Shown: in pieces, positions 1 through 9,961 of the stretch
Layout: every line of letters begins with the position of its first letter
Numbering within the stretch: the first letter of the stretch is position 1
Assembly: GCA_965218885.1 (NCBI GenBank)
Contig: OZ244713.1
Location: 240,601 to 304,600 of the forward strand
Source: a bacterium
GTDB lineage: Bacteria > UBA8248
DNA: 64,000 nucleotides
Direction of reading: 5' to 3'
Notes under the pieces: generated by a model
Told to the model about the DNA's origin: nothing
Databases searched by the model: none
What the model saw: only the letters and a program-made list of their open reading frames with translations
Translations under genes and position numbers: made by a program

Positions 1-743
1 AGCTCTCTGAGCGCAGCGTGGATCTTTTCGGCTTTCTCGATGGCGTTCACGAAAAGATGCGCCGAACCCTTGTGACCGGCCTGGCCCGGCACGGTGATCC
101 GGAAACTCACATCGCCGCCCGAACCGATATCCACGCCGCCCAATCCTCCCGGTTTCATATGGGTGTAAACGGCTCCATCCGCCTTAAGGCCGCGAAGAAC
201 GCACGCCAGCATCCCCCCTCCGCCTCCTTCTTCTTCTTCGACGGTGGAGAGGAGAGTCAGATCCCCCTTGAGGCGCACTCCGGCGCCTTGTAAGGCCTGG
301 GCGCACGCAATCATGACGGCCAACCCCGACTTGGCGTCTCCCGATCCCCGTCCATAGAGGCGATTGTCTTCCACCTCGCCTCCAAAGGGATCCCGCGTCC
401 AGGCAGTTCGCGGACCGGGTGGAACCGTGTCGGCGTGACAAAACAGGAGGAGCGACCTGCCGCCTCCCGCTCCCCGCATGCGGCCGATCACGTTCGGCCG
501 GCCGGCATACCCCTTCTCCAGCGAAAAGCGAGGGGCCGAAAACGCCGGATGCTCTCTCAACTCTTCCAGGTTCGCCTCGAACGCCTCCATCTCGAGACCG
601 GTATCGGCAAATCGTTTTTGCACCAGGGCCTGAACCGCCCCCTCCTCTCCCGTGGGGCTGGGAATTCGAACAAGTTCCTGAAGAAGGGCAACCACATCGA
701 TTCGCCGGGCTTGGGAAATCACCTTTTCAAGGGCATCCTTCAT
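1..743 (-). CDS. M20-family metallopeptidase / ArgE-DapE-like deacylase; C-terminus cut by window start
   Basis: Minus-strand translation from the ATG at 741-743 reads MKDALEKVISQARRIDVVALLQELVRIPSPTGEEGAV...LLLFCHADTVPPG...YGRGSGDAKSGLAV. The HxDxV and GRG..D(M/A)K blocks are those of peptidase M20. The frame is open to position 1, so the ORF track does not list it. Confidence 0.75.
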   Translation of the reverse strand, partial: MKDALEKVISQARRIDVVALLQELVRIPSPTGEEGAVQALVQKRFADTGLEMEAFEANLEELREHPAFSAPRFSLEKGYAGRPNVIGRMRGAGGGRSLLLFCHADTVPPGPRTAWTRDPFGGEVEDNRLYGRGSGDAKSGLAVMIACAQALQGAGVRLKGDLTLLSTVEEEEGGGGGMLACVLRGLKADGAVYTHMKPGGLGGVDIGSGGDVSFRITVPGQAGHKGSAHLFVNAIEKAEKIHAALRE

Positions 744-866
744 GAAAAATCCTCCGGGAAAATCTTCTGCCTTTTTGGATGAAACGTATTATGCTTCCGC
801 CTCTCCATCGAGCGTGCGAACCCAAGATCACCGGGCCGAAATTAGTGGAAAAGAAAGACCCATTGA

Positions 867-1898
867 CTAAATGAATGAACCGGCCGTGACGTCGACGCCG
901 ACGGTCCCCGCAAAATGACAGGCCACCGTATGGCCGGGATGGAACTCTCGCAGCACCGGCTTCTCTTCCACGCAACGCTGCTCGCTGTATGGACAACGGG
1001 TATGGAAACGGCATCCGGTCGGCGGGTCAAGGGCGGAAGGAACCTCTCCCTTGAGGATGATGCGCCGCCGCTGCCTGGCCTTCACCGGGTCCGCCACCGG
1101 AGTGGCCGAGAGCAGCGCCTGCGTATAAGGGTGTAATGGGGTGGTGAAGAGCGATTCCACCGCCGCAAGCTCCACGATCTCACCGAGGTACATGACCCCC
1201 ACCCTGTCACAGACCGACCGCACGACTCCCAGGTCGTGCGTGATGAAGAGGTAGGAAAGATCATGTTGCGCCTGAAGAGCCTTCAGGAGGTTCAGTATCT
1301 GGGCGCGGATGGAGATGTCGAGTGATGAGACGGGCTCATCGGCGATTACCAGCCGCGGCTTCAGCGTGAGAGCCCGCGCGATGCCGATACGCTGACGCTG
1401 GCCGCCGCTGAGCTGGTGAGGATAGCGGTCCATGAAGATTTCACCCGGCTCCATGCCCACCTGGTTCAGGAGGCGAACGACGGTCTCATCAATCTCCCCT
1501 TTATTCGCCACGTCATGATTGAGGAAAGGCTGGCGCAGGATGGCCCGCACGGTGCGCCTGGGATTCAAGGATTCGAAGGGATCCTGAAAAATCATCTGCA
1601 CGTCGCGATTGTACTGCTTGAGAGCGGGTCCTCTCAATTCCGCGACCTCTTGTTCGTCGAAGAGGATGCTTCCATCGTCGGGCTTTTCCAATTTCGCCAG
1701 CAAGCGGGCCGTCGTCGTTTTCCCGCAGCCGCTTTCACCCACCAGGGCGAACGATTCACCGGCTTGGAGCGAGAAACTGATGTCGTCCACGGCGTGCACA
1801 TGGCGAGGAGGCCGGAACCATCCCCCGTCGACGGGAAAATGTTTCGTCAGCCTGCGCACCTGCAAGAGTGAATGATTCATGAAGGCGAGATCAATCAT
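867..1898 (-). CDS. Oligopeptide/dipeptide ABC transporter ATP-binding protein (OppF/DppF-like)
   Basis: Walker A GESGCGKTT and ABC signature LSGGQRQRIGIARAL are present. The C-terminal oligopeptide-type extension has cysteines (CRFHTRCP). The start is probably the internal MNHSLLQV near 1880. Confidence 0.85.
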   Translation of the reverse strand: MIDLAFMNHSLLQVRRLTKHFPVDGGWFRPPRHVHAVDDISFSLQAGESFALVGESGCGKTTTARLLAKLEKPDDGSILFDEQEVAELRGPALKQYNRDVQMIFQDPFESLNPRRTVRAILRQPFLNHDVANKGEIDETVVRLLNQVGMEPGEIFMDRYPHQLSGGQRQRIGIARALTLKPRLVIADEPVSSLDISIRAQILNLLKALQAQHDLSYLFITHDLGVVRSVCDRVGVMYLGEIVELAAVESLFTTPLHPYTQALLSATPVADPVKARQRRRIILKGEVPSALDPPTGCRFHTRCPYSEQRCVEEKPVLREFHPGHTVACHFAGTVGVDVTAGSFI

Positions 1899-2874
1899 AA
1901 AGCCAGCAAGCCACCATCCGCCCCTTCCCCAAACTCAAGGAAGGCGGCGATTCTTCGCGGCAGATGTCTTTGACGTGGGGACAACGCGGATGGAAGCGGC
2001 AACCCGACGGCATGTCTGTCGGGTTCGGCACCTGCCCCTCGATGGTTTCAAATACCTCAACGCGCTTGTCGGGGCTGAGCGTCGAACGCAAGAGGCCCTC
2101 CGTATAGGGATGTTTCGGTTCGGCGAACAGGGTAAAGGTGTCGGCGTGCTCCACAATCTGGCCCGCATACATGATGTAGATCCGGTCGCAATGCTCCGCC
2201 ACCAGGCCGATATCGTGGGTGATCAGGAACATGGCGTTCTGGAGTTCCTCGCGAAGTTGGGCGAGCAGGTCCATGATTTGCGCCTGAATGGTTACATCCA
2301 GCGCCGTGGTGGGCTCATCGGCGATGAGCAGGGACGGGCGGCACGAAATGGCCATGGCGATGAGCACCCGTTGGCGCATGCCGCCGCTCAACTGATGGGG
2401 GTAGCTATCGTAGACCCTTTGGGGGGAAGGGATGCCGACATGATCGAATGCATCGAGCACCTGTGAGCGAGCTTCGCGTTTCGTGACCTCCTGGTGCTCC
2501 AGCACCACCTCCGCCACCTGGGCCCCGGCCCGCATGACGGGGTTCAGATAAGTCATGGGATCCTGAAAGACCATGGCGATCTCCTTTCCGCGGAGGTTGC
2601 GCATACTCGCCGCATCCAGCGTCAGGAGATCCACGTCGCCCAACAGCACTTCGCCTGAGAGGATGCGGGCTACGACCGGCTGGAGCCGGATGATGGTGAG
2701 AGCCGTCATGGATTTCCCCGACCCCGACTCTCCGACCAGCGCAACCGCCTCCTTGCGGTTCACTTCCAGCGAGACGCCGTCCACGGCTTTGATCACGCCG
2801 GAAGGGACATCGAGGTAGGTCCTCAGATCGGAGACCCGCAGGAGGCCGTTTCGATTTTCCGCCTTCTCGTTCAT
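1891..2874 (-). CDS. Oligopeptide/dipeptide ABC transporter ATP-binding protein (OppD/DppD-like)
   Basis: Walker [10 protein letters not shown] and signature [14 protein letters not shown] are present, with a C-terminal CRFHPRCP extension. The likely start is [14 protein letters not shown], which overlaps the permease stop by ATGA. The track ORF extends artificially to 2997. Confidence 0.85.
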   Translation of the reverse strand: MNEKAENRNGLLRVSDLRTYLDVPSGVIKAVDGVSLEVNRKEAVALVGESGSGKSMTALTIIRLQPVVARILSGEVLLGDVDLLTLDAASMRNLRGKEIAMVFQDPMTYLNPVMRAGAQVAEVVLEHQEVTKREARSQVLDAFDHVGIPSPQRVYDSYPHQLSGGMRQRVLIAMAISCRPSLLIADEPTTALDVTIQAQIMDLLAQLREELQNAMFLITHDIGLVAEHCDRIYIMYAGQIVEHADTFTLFAEPKHPYTEGLLRSTLSPDKRVEVFETIEGQVPNPTDMPSGCRFHPRCPHVKDICREESPPSLSLGKGRMVACWLYD

Positions 2875-3770
2875 AGTCCGGTCCGGTGAATCTCGGAAGA
2901 GCGGGGATTGAGCACGTCGTTCAAGCCGTCTCCCAGCAGATTGAGCGTCAGGACCGAAAGAAAGATGCCCAAGCCGGGATACACGGCCATCCACCATGCT
3001 TGCCGCAGAAAAGGCTGCGCTTCGTAAAGCATCCGCCCCCAGGTCACCAGGCTGGGGTCTCCCAGGCCCAGATAGCTCAAACCCGCTTCCAGCAGCATCG
3101 CCTGCGCCGTTAAAAGAGAGGCGTTTACGACCACGACCCCTATGGCGTTCGGCAGAATCTCACGAAAGATGATTGTCGAGCGCTTCGTCCCGATCACATG
3201 CGCGGCATCCACGAATTGCCGTGTGCGCAGGGTCAGGAATTCCGAGCGGACGATGCGGGCCGTCACCGGCCACGTCAAAATGGAGATGGCGAAGATGATG
3301 TTCCAGATGCTCGCCCCGAAGAAGGCGACGATGATCAGGGCAAGGAAGAAGCGCGGAATCACCATGAAAGTCTCGGTGAGCCGCATCAGAATGTCGTCGA
3401 CCCACCCGCCCAGGTAACCGGAGATTGTGCCCACGAGCAGGCCTAAGACCGTCGTGGCGAAGGCCGCCGAGAAGCCAACGAAAATCGAGACCCGCCCGCC
3501 CCACAGGATGCGGCTGAAGACGTCGCGGCCGAGATTGTCGGCGCCCATGAGGTTGCGGTAACTATGCCCGCCCAGCCGCGAACCCGAACCCAGAGCGTAA
3601 GGGTCATAGGGCGCCAGGACGGGCGCGAGTAAAACCAGTAAAACCAGCAACAACAGCACGGACGCTGCGATGGGCACCGCGCGATTCTGGCTGAACGCTC
3701 CCCAGATGGCCCTCCACTGCGGCCCTCTTTTCGAGCTTCGGTGAACGATTGGATCTGCCGTCGTCGTCAC
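2871..3770 (-). CDS. ABC transporter permease (OppC/DppC-like)
   Basis: Multi-TM protein of the binding-protein-dependent inner-membrane component family. It has an N-terminal OppC-type segment and follows the OppB-like gene at operon spacing. Confidence 0.8.
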   Translation of the reverse strand: MTTTADPIVHRSSKRGPQWRAIWGAFSQNRAVPIAASVLLLLVLLVLLAPVLAPYDPYALGSGSRLGGHSYRNLMGADNLGRDVFSRILWGGRVSIFVGFSAAFATTVLGLLVGTISGYLGGWVDDILMRLTETFMVIPRFFLALIIVAFFGASIWNIIFAISILTWPVTARIVRSEFLTLRTRQFVDAAHVIGTKRSTIIFREILPNAIGVVVVNASLLTAQAMLLEAGLSYLGLGDPSLVTWGRMLYEAQPFLRQAWWMAVYPGLGIFLSVLTLNLLGDGLNDVLNPRSSEIHRTGL

Positions 3771-3782
3771 GGTTCCAGGTTC

Positions 3783-4766
3783 CTATCCATAAGCCACACG
3801 CGGGTCAATCATGGCATAGAGAATGTCCGTGATGAGGTTTGCAAGCACTATCATCATCGAGACGACGAGGAAGATTCCCAGAATCATCGGATAGTCCCGC
3901 GCGGTAATCGATTCGAAAATCAGCCTGCCCATGCCCGGCCACCCGAACACGGTCTCGGTGAACACCGAGCCCGCCATGACGTATGCGAAATTGATGCCGA
4001 TCACGGTAACCACCGGGAGCAGCGCATTGCGCAGGGCATGCCGGTAGAGCACGCGGCGTTCGTTCAACCCCTTGGATTTCGCGGTCAGGATGAAGTCCTG
4101 CGCGAGTGTTTCCTGCATCTTCCCCCGTGTGATTCGGAATACGAGGGTCATATGATAAGTGGCGTAGGTAATGGCGGGAAGGAGCAAGTGCTTCAAGACG
4201 TCAAGAACCGCGGGCCAGCCGGGCTCCACCCCGCGCATCGAATACATGCCCTGGCTCGGCAACCAGTCCAGGTAAAGAGCGAAGAAAAGTATGAGAAGTT
4301 GACCCAGCCAGAAAATGGGCATCGAATAGCCGGCGAGCGAAGCCAGGGTCGCCAGGTGGTCGCCCACCGAATAGGAGTAACGCGATGCAATAACGCCCAG
4401 TATGACTCCCATGAGGCTGGCTATGGAGAAGGCCGTCGCCATGAGGAGCATGGTGGCCGGCAGGCGATCGAGAATTACACCGAGTACGGGGGAGTTGTGC
4501 CAGGTGGAATAGCCCAAGTCCAGATGAAGAAGCTTCCACAGGTAAATCCCCATCTGGACGTAAAGCGGCTTGTCCAGGCCGAACTCGATGCGCAGTTCCT
4601 CGTAGGCCTCCGGCGTGGCCTCGGTGACGCTGGCCAAATAGATGGCCGGATCTCCCGGAGCGAGATGGATGATGGTGAAGTTGATGATGACGACCCAGAA
4701 AACGAGAGGGACGGCCTGAAGAATACGCCTTACACTGTAACGCAGAAGCGGATGACCACCTGCCAT
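3783..4766 (-). CDS. ABC transporter permease (OppB/DppB-like)
   Basis: The N-terminus MAGGHPLLRYSVRRILQAVPLVFWVVIINFTIIHLAPGDP is the canonical DppB/OppB opening, and the protein has six TM segments. Confidence 0.85.
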   Translation of the reverse strand: MAGGHPLLRYSVRRILQAVPLVFWVVIINFTIIHLAPGDPAIYLASVTEATPEAYEELRIEFGLDKPLYVQMGIYLWKLLHLDLGYSTWHNSPVLGVILDRLPATMLLMATAFSIASLMGVILGVIASRYSYSVGDHLATLASLAGYSMPIFWLGQLLILFFALYLDWLPSQGMYSMRGVEPGWPAVLDVLKHLLLPAITYATYHMTLVFRITRGKMQETLAQDFILTAKSKGLNERRVLYRHALRNALLPVVTVIGINFAYVMAGSVFTETVFGWPGMGRLIFESITARDYPMILGIFLVVSMMIVLANLITDILYAMIDPRVAYG

Positions 4767-4800
4767 GGATCGCCCCTCGGTGAGACGTCAAGAAACCTGC

Positions 4801-4826
4801 GGGGCCCCGCCCGGAGACGGGGCCCC
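4801..4826 (-). other. Intra-operon stem-loop between the binding-protein gene and the permease genes
   Basis: ggggccccg-cccggaga-cggggcccc is a perfect 9-bp GC stem lying between the stop of the binding-protein gene and the permease start on the same strand. Confidence 0.5.
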
Positions 4827-4850
4827 TGAAACACGAATCGAATTACAGGA

Positions 4851-6467
4851 CTACTTCTGGTAAGCGTCCTCCCGAGTGCAATAAGCGCAGTAGGGACGCG
4901 TGACCACATCCGCCCATTTTGCCGAATGCGTGTGGACGAAGGGCGTCTCGAACAGCGGGATCACGGGCGCGTCGGCCGCGACCATATCGACGATCTGACG
5001 CCACGTGGCGCCCCGCTTCTTTACGTCGGGGATCTGCCATTCGGCGTCGAGAAGACGCTGAACGCCTACGTTGATGTAGGACGGCGCGTTGTTGAAGTTC
5101 GCCGAGCCGATGTTGTTCCTGTCGTAGACCCGGGTCACGCTGATCTTGGGGTCGGGACCGGTGGTGAAGAACTGCATCATGATGTCGAAATTGTGCTTGA
5201 TGTACACCTTCTGCAGCGTCGCCGCCCGGTCGAAGGACTCGATCTTGATGTCGATGCCGACTTTCTTGAGCTGTTGCTTGATCACCTCGGCCGCCAATCC
5301 CTCAAAGCCGCGGCCCCGGGCCCAGGTTAGCGTGAGGCCGAAGCGCTTGCCTCCTTTCATCGGGTAGCCCGCCTCATCGAGCAGCCTGTTCGCCATGGCC
5401 ACGTCTTGCTTGTACTGAGCAAAGCTGCCCTTGTGCGCCCACTTCATGGCCGAATGCATGATGCCGTCCGCCACTTTCGCGGTGCCCCCGGTAGCCAGCT
5501 GGCTGATCTGGTTCTTGTCCAGCGCATACGCGATCGCCTGGCGAACCTTCACGTTCCCGGTGATAGGCCGCCGCATGTTCAAGAGCATGAACTCGACCTG
5601 CCCCGTCGCCTCTCCCCCCTTGTCGAGGACGACGAGTTTCGGGTTCTTTTTGAGACGGGCGGCCTGATCCCAGGGGACGAGCGCCGCGCGCAGATAGTCG
5701 AGTTCGCCTTTTTCCAGGGCAATGAGCCGGGTGTTGGCGTCCGAGATGAACCGGATGACCAGTTCATCCGCGTAGGGCTTGGGCGCGTTCCAGTAATTCG
5801 GGTTCCGCACGAGTCTGACGTGGCTTCCCTTTTTGTATTCCTTAAGCATGAAGGGCCCCGTTCCAACGGGTTTCTTGCTCCACGGAGCGTTCAGGAACGC
5901 CTTGCGGCTGCCCACATGATCCTTCCACAGGTGCTTGGGATAGATGGCGGGTCCGCCGAAGATCACGCCCATCACGGTAAGCAAGGGGGCGAAAGGCTTC
6001 TTGAGGCGGACGACGATGGTGTACTTGTCCGGCGCTTCCACCTTCTCCGCCACCGGCTTCCAGAACACGCGCGAGCGCGGATTGTACGGCAGGCACTTCT
6101 CCAGCGAGAACTTGACGTCCTCGCTCGTCATCTCCTTGCCGTCATGGAACTTCACGCCCTTACGGAGGTGGAAGATGAGCGTTTTCCCTCCGTCCTTGAC
6201 CTCCCAGGACTTCGCCAGTTCCGGCTTCGGACTGAGATTGAAGTCGAGCGTGATCAGCTTGTTGTAGATGTTCACGGCCGGCACCTGGACCGTCGTGCCC
6301 GGTTTGACGATCAGGTTGAAGTGCCCCGGATCGGCTTCCAGGCCGATAACCAGCGTGCCTCCCCGCTTCTGTGCCCATGCGACCCCTTGAACCTGGCCGA
6401 GGGCAAGCACCGCGGCGAGAACAAAGAAAATAGCGGCGCTTCCAAATCGGATCTTATTCCGTTCCAT
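4851..6467 (-). CDS. ABC transporter substrate-binding protein, family 5 (OppA/DppA/NikA-like), secreted
   Basis: The internal start MERNKIRFGSAAIFFVLAAVLALGQVQGVAWA is a signal peptide. RBS GGAGGG lies 7 nt upstream of the ATG at 6465-6467. The length and composition fit SBP_bac_5. Confidence 0.8.
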   Translation of the reverse strand: MERNKIRFGSAAIFFVLAAVLALGQVQGVAWAQKRGGTLVIGLEADPGHFNLIVKPGTTVQVPAVNIYNKLITLDFNLSPKPELAKSWEVKDGGKTLIFHLRKGVKFHDGKEMTSEDVKFSLEKCLPYNPRSRVFWKPVAEKVEAPDKYTIVVRLKKPFAPLLTVMGVIFGGPAIYPKHLWKDHVGSRKAFLNAPWSKKPVGTGPFMLKEYKKGSHVRLVRNPNYWNAPKPYADELVIRFISDANTRLIALEKGELDYLRAALVPWDQAARLKKNPKLVVLDKGGEATGQVEFMLLNMRRPITGNVKVRQAIAYALDKNQISQLATGGTAKVADGIMHSAMKWAHKGSFAQYKQDVAMANRLLDEAGYPMKGGKRFGLTLTWARGRGFEGLAAEVIKQQLKKVGIDIKIESFDRAATLQKVYIKHNFDIMMQFFTTGPDPKISVTRVYDRNNIGSANFNNAPSYINVGVQRLLDAEWQIPDVKKRGATWRQIVDMVAADAPVIPLFETPFVHTHSAKWADVVTRPYCAYCTREDAYQK

Positions 6468-6637
6468 TGCTCTTCCCTCCAAAATGATGGATTGCCACGA
6501 ACACTCCCGTATGGATCGGGATTTCGTGCCGCAATGTCCTATCACCCCCGGCATTGAACCCCCGCCATTCGGCAAGGTCTCAATTATCGGGTCCGATAGG
6601 GTGTTGAATCCGTTCCTTTCTCAAATCCGACTCACGT

Positions 6638-7693
6638 TCAGTCGGTGAAAGAAAATTCAATCTTGCGCGTAACGCTATGCGTGGTTCCGAATGTCGGGAT
6701 AACGAGGCTATGCTTCCCAAGACCTCCCGCGACGAACAGGCAGATGCTCTCCTCATCGTCGACGACGGGAACGCTCTCGAGGTCTTCCCGGGCGAAGAGC
6801 TCGCCCCGGCGCCCCCGCGCCCGTTCGAGGTTCGCCGGCGCAAAGAAAGACGTGGGCACCCTGCCCCTCTCATAAAGGAAAGCCCGGATTCGCGGTGGAT
6901 CCCAGCCGTCGCGCACCAGCATGTCGACGTGTTCGGGGCCGAGAATGACCACCATCTCCCCGCCGAAAAGCGCGTTGTTGCTCCCCGCCTGCATCATCGA
7001 CGAGGCGATGGATTGAAGCACTCCCTCGCCCTCCGTGCTGCTCGCGTCGTTGACCATGATATGCGGGTCGACGGCGATAACCGTCACGGCGCTGTCCGAA
7101 CGCTCGAGGCCGCGCTCGACGTGGAGCGGCGGCCACGGGCTCGCTTCTTCGTTTTCGCCGATACAGCTTGAAAACTTGCCCTGGTGGCCGAAGGTGCTGC
7201 GATCGGTGTCGCCCGGTATGGCGCCCCCGATGTTTTGCAGGATGAACCGGAATGCCCTGCCGATGGTGGCGTTGGCCCGCCAACCCTGGCCGAAGAGGTT
7301 TTCCTTGCAATTGATTCCCAGCGCGTGGCGAGCGGGCCCGTGGACAACGATGAGCTGCGCGATACAGTTCGTGGTCCCCTGAACTCCCGGGAGGTTGTAA
7401 ATGGGGTCAAAGATGGCATCGACGGCGGTAATGAGGATAGGCATGTACTCGGGCTTACAGCCCGCCATGGCGGCGTTGATGGCGATCTTCTCGATCGTGG
7501 CGTCGCCGAAGAGGTGGGGGATGCGGCCATGGGACTCCGGGGGCGGTCGCCCCGAAGCCTCCACCAAGGTCGCCACCCGCTCTTCGGTGGGCGGGATGAC
7601 GGGCAGCCCGTCCCCCCAGCCCTGTTCCATCACGTATTCAAGCAGTTCCAGGGAGGAGTCCGCCACCTCGCGGCGCTCGGAGGTCAGTTTCAT
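6638..7693 (-). CDS. Conserved hypothetical protein, translationally coupled to the UGSC selenoprotein gene
   Basis: 351-aa ORF (MKLTSERREV...GTTNCIAQLIVVHGP...). Its start overlaps the stop of the upstream gene by ATGA. I recognise no family. Confidence 0.55.
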   Translation of the reverse strand: MKLTSERREVADSSLELLEYVMEQGWGDGLPVIPPTEERVATLVEASGRPPPESHGRIPHLFGDATIEKIAINAAMAGCKPEYMPILITAVDAIFDPIYNLPGVQGTTNCIAQLIVVHGPARHALGINCKENLFGQGWRANATIGRAFRFILQNIGGAIPGDTDRSTFGHQGKFSSCIGENEEASPWPPLHVERGLERSDSAVTVIAVDPHIMVNDASSTEGEGVLQSIASSMMQAGSNNALFGGEMVVILGPEHVDMLVRDGWDPPRIRAFLYERGRVPTSFFAPANLERARGRRGELFAREDLESVPVVDDEESICLFVAGGLGKHSLVIPTFGTTHSVTRKIEFSFTD

Positions 7694-8247
7694 TCTTTGT
7701 CTTCCGGCGATGGCGTCACTGTCAGAGACTTCGCGACGCTTTCCAGTATCTGGTCCGCGTGGGTGTGCACCGTATCTAGCGGGATTCCAGTGATGGGGTG
7801 GGGAATCGAGACGATGGGGAGGTCCGCATAACCCAAGGCCCCCGCCTTCTTGCGACCAAAGGCCTCGAACATATCCGTGATGATGGTGAGCGTGGGTATC
7901 CCGCGCTGCTCCAGCTTAATCGCGTCGTGGATACTCCACGGCGTGCAAGAGCCTCAGTCGGGCACCGCGTTCACCACAAAGTCGCACTCACTGGCCATCC
8001 GTTCGACCAGATCCTCCTCCAGGGGGAGCGCGCTGCCTCCCTTGCGGTAGTGAGTGAACGAGCCGATAGGAAATTTCCCGCGCAACCGCTCCTCCAAACG
8101 GCGGAGCAGCTTGTCGGAGTTGGGTTTCGTGTTGTCGAGAAGCCCGAGGCGAATGCCCTCGTGGGAGGCGGGCCGGGCGGCCGGGCGCACCTTTTCAATC
8201 GAAGGGGGTATTCCCGCGGGATCGAGGATCACCATAGTCTTCCCCAA
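7690..8247 (-). CDS. UGSC-family selenoprotein; in-frame TGA (Sec) at 7954-7956
   Basis: Two track ORFs (7954..8247 and 7690..7872) are in the same frame and separated only by TGA. Read-through gives ...FVVNAVPD-U-GSCTPWSIHDAIKLEQRGIPTLTIITDMFEAFGRKKAGALGYADLPIVSIPHPITG. That is the Sec/Cys-GSC motif which names the UGSC family. RBS GGAGGAG lies upstream of a TTG/ATG start. Confidence 0.7.
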
Positions 8248-8744
8248 AAAAGACTCCTCCCCAACAAATACGTGGATTCGCGCTCAACGTGGTTTGCACT
8301 TAAAGCAAGATCCGATATTGATATACTGTTTTAAGATTATTTATCCTGTCATATATCACTGATTGTGTCAACAAACCCTTGATTTTCCCCTGCGCCAAGG
8401 GGTTCGACAGAATCGGCATTCAATATGGGCAGCTAACTGATCTCACGCCCGTTCAGAAATTCCCGCACGGCTGAATGAGCCGAACGCTCCGCCGCCATAC
8501 ACGCCCGCGCCCGGCATCCACCCACCGCAAATGCGGATTTAACCCATCCAGGGAGGGAGTGATTTTGAAGGCCTCGCTCTTTTGAAGTCTTTACAACTCG
8601 ATCACGTCCATCGCGTCGGGAGTGAGAACCCGCGGGCCGCTCTCCTCGACTATCACCTGGGGGCCGAAGACGATGAACATCCTGTCCTCGTGCGCGGCCT
8701 TCACCTCCACGGCGAGGGACATGCCCGCCTCGACCTCGAAATCC

Positions 8745-8938
8745 TCCAGAAAGCCGTAGCGATCGCCCGCGAGTTCGCGCCACTCGGGGTTCTCGGCGAG
8801 GGCCTTTCCATGATCGGGAAACTGTTCGGCCACGCGAGGATTGAAACCATGGCGCGCTATGCGCATCTCGCGCTCGATTCGGTGCGCGAGGCGGCGGAAC
8901 GGGTCGCCGAGAGCATCGCGGCTGATATTTTGGGCTAA
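8745..8938 (+). pseudogene. Tyrosine integrase fragment, last ~64 codons only
   Basis: The translation GEGLSMIGKLFGHARIETMARYAHLALDSVREAAERVAESIAADILG matches the C-termini of the two intact integrases at 24838 and 26015 (LGESLYTIGKLLGH..ARYAHL...). No upstream integrase sequence is present. Confidence 0.65.
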
Positions 8939-9135
8939 GGGGACGACCGGTTTTAGGGTTCATGACTTTGCTGCAACTGGACCTCGCTAGTCGTTAGCGT
9001 CAATATCCTGTGAGACCTTGTCATCGGATAAGTTTCGTTGCGCTTTTGTCGTTGTATCGGCTATGTTCAAATCAATACGTTCCTTCTGCCCCAAGTTAAA
9101 ATGAGAGATGCACCCATATCTTTGTGTTCACTCTG

Positions 9136-9687
9136 TCAGTCTTTCCCTGCGGTAGACATAGTGTCGTTCCAGGGTAATATCCGGCCATTTACAAATCTAT
9201 ATTTCTTTCTAATTTCACCGCGCAGATGTGGCGGGTCGTTCAACTCTCCCGAGTAGATGGATTCGTACCGGAAGCGGAGTTCGATATATTGGTTTAAGAC
9301 CTTTTCACTGTTGATAGTAATTTCCTTAGAAAAGCGTTTGTTATCCTCCGATGGGAATATTTCTATTTGACTTGTCATGAATGGTGAAACTAATAGGTTC
9401 TTCTCTGTGACAATGTACCAACTCGCTTTGAACGGAATTGTGTTCTCTGTATCCATCACGAATAGTTTTTTCCCGGACGTTGCTGAATGCGCGAGGAACG
9501 GTTTAATCAGTGGCTTAGTGTTCTTGTGTGTGGTCTGTGCGGTTGCTTCTAAGTTTTCAATCCGTGTGTCAATTATACTTTTGAAATGTTGTCCAGACGC
9601 TGCAACGATAAACCCTATGAAGATCAACAAATATGGCAGTATTCGAGCAATCTTGCCTAACGCTTCTATGTCATTCCAATAGGCCAC
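9136..9687 (-). CDS. Hypothetical membrane-anchored protein, visibly low GC (foreign)
   Basis: ORF in an AT-rich patch. The likely start is a GTG with AAGGAG 6 nt upstream, giving MAYWNDIEALGKIARILPYLLIFIGFIVAASG, an N-terminal TM anchor. I found no recognisable domain. The track ORF extends upstream into GC-rich DNA. Confidence 0.5.
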   Translation of the reverse strand: MAYWNDIEALGKIARILPYLLIFIGFIVAASGQHFKSIIDTRIENLEATAQTTHKNTKPLIKPFLAHSATSGKKLFVMDTENTIPFKASWYIVTEKNLLVSPFMTSQIEIFPSEDNKRFSKEITINSEKVLNQYIELRFRYESIYSGELNDPPHLRGEIRKKYRFVNGRILPWNDTMSTAGKD

Positions 9688-9961
9688 TGTTAGCTCCTTG
9701 GTTGTCGTATTCCCTGTCAAAATTCGCTTCCCATGGCGGCGCGAACCGCGTTCCACCGCCTGTCGCGCTCATCAGCAGAAAACGCAGGCGCGGCGTCGCC
9801 CGCGCGGCCGTCTCTGGGGAAAAACCTGGGGTCCGTCACCATCATCTTCTCCTGAAATTTTCGGGGCGAATCTCCTCCGTGCGACTGGACGCAGGCGCGC
9901 GGAATCATTTAGCCTCAAGAGTCATTTACCCTCACTATAACGAATGAATCGGCGCTAGAAA

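Noticed and set aside
184-441. Many track ORFs that are antisense to or off-frame from strongly supported genes. Examples are 184..441, 419..745, 3741..4829, 4201..4791, 5406..6557, 10690..11916, 11753..12988, 21728..23011, 23039..24130, 27602..28147, 28884..29717 on the plus strand, 54648..55559 and 58030..59799.
   Set aside because: These are typical high-GC shadow ORFs. Their translations are Arg/Pro/Gly/Ala-rich low complexity. Each overlaps a gene with clear family motifs on the other strand or frame.
8591-8866. 91-aa minus-strand ORF opposite the integrase fragment
   Set aside because: Its N-terminal half is antisense to the integrase remnant. Only a short C-terminal piece looks protein-like. 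There is no RBS or family support.
8582-8938. 118-aa plus-strand ORF as an intact gene
   Set aside because: Only the last ~64 residues resemble an integrase C-terminus. The upstream part has no integrase motifs, so it is called a fragment.
9868-9935. Direct repeat TCATTTA-N10-TCATTTA upstream of the PLP-enzyme gene, as a regulator site
   Set aside because: It is too short and too AT-simple to distinguish from chance.
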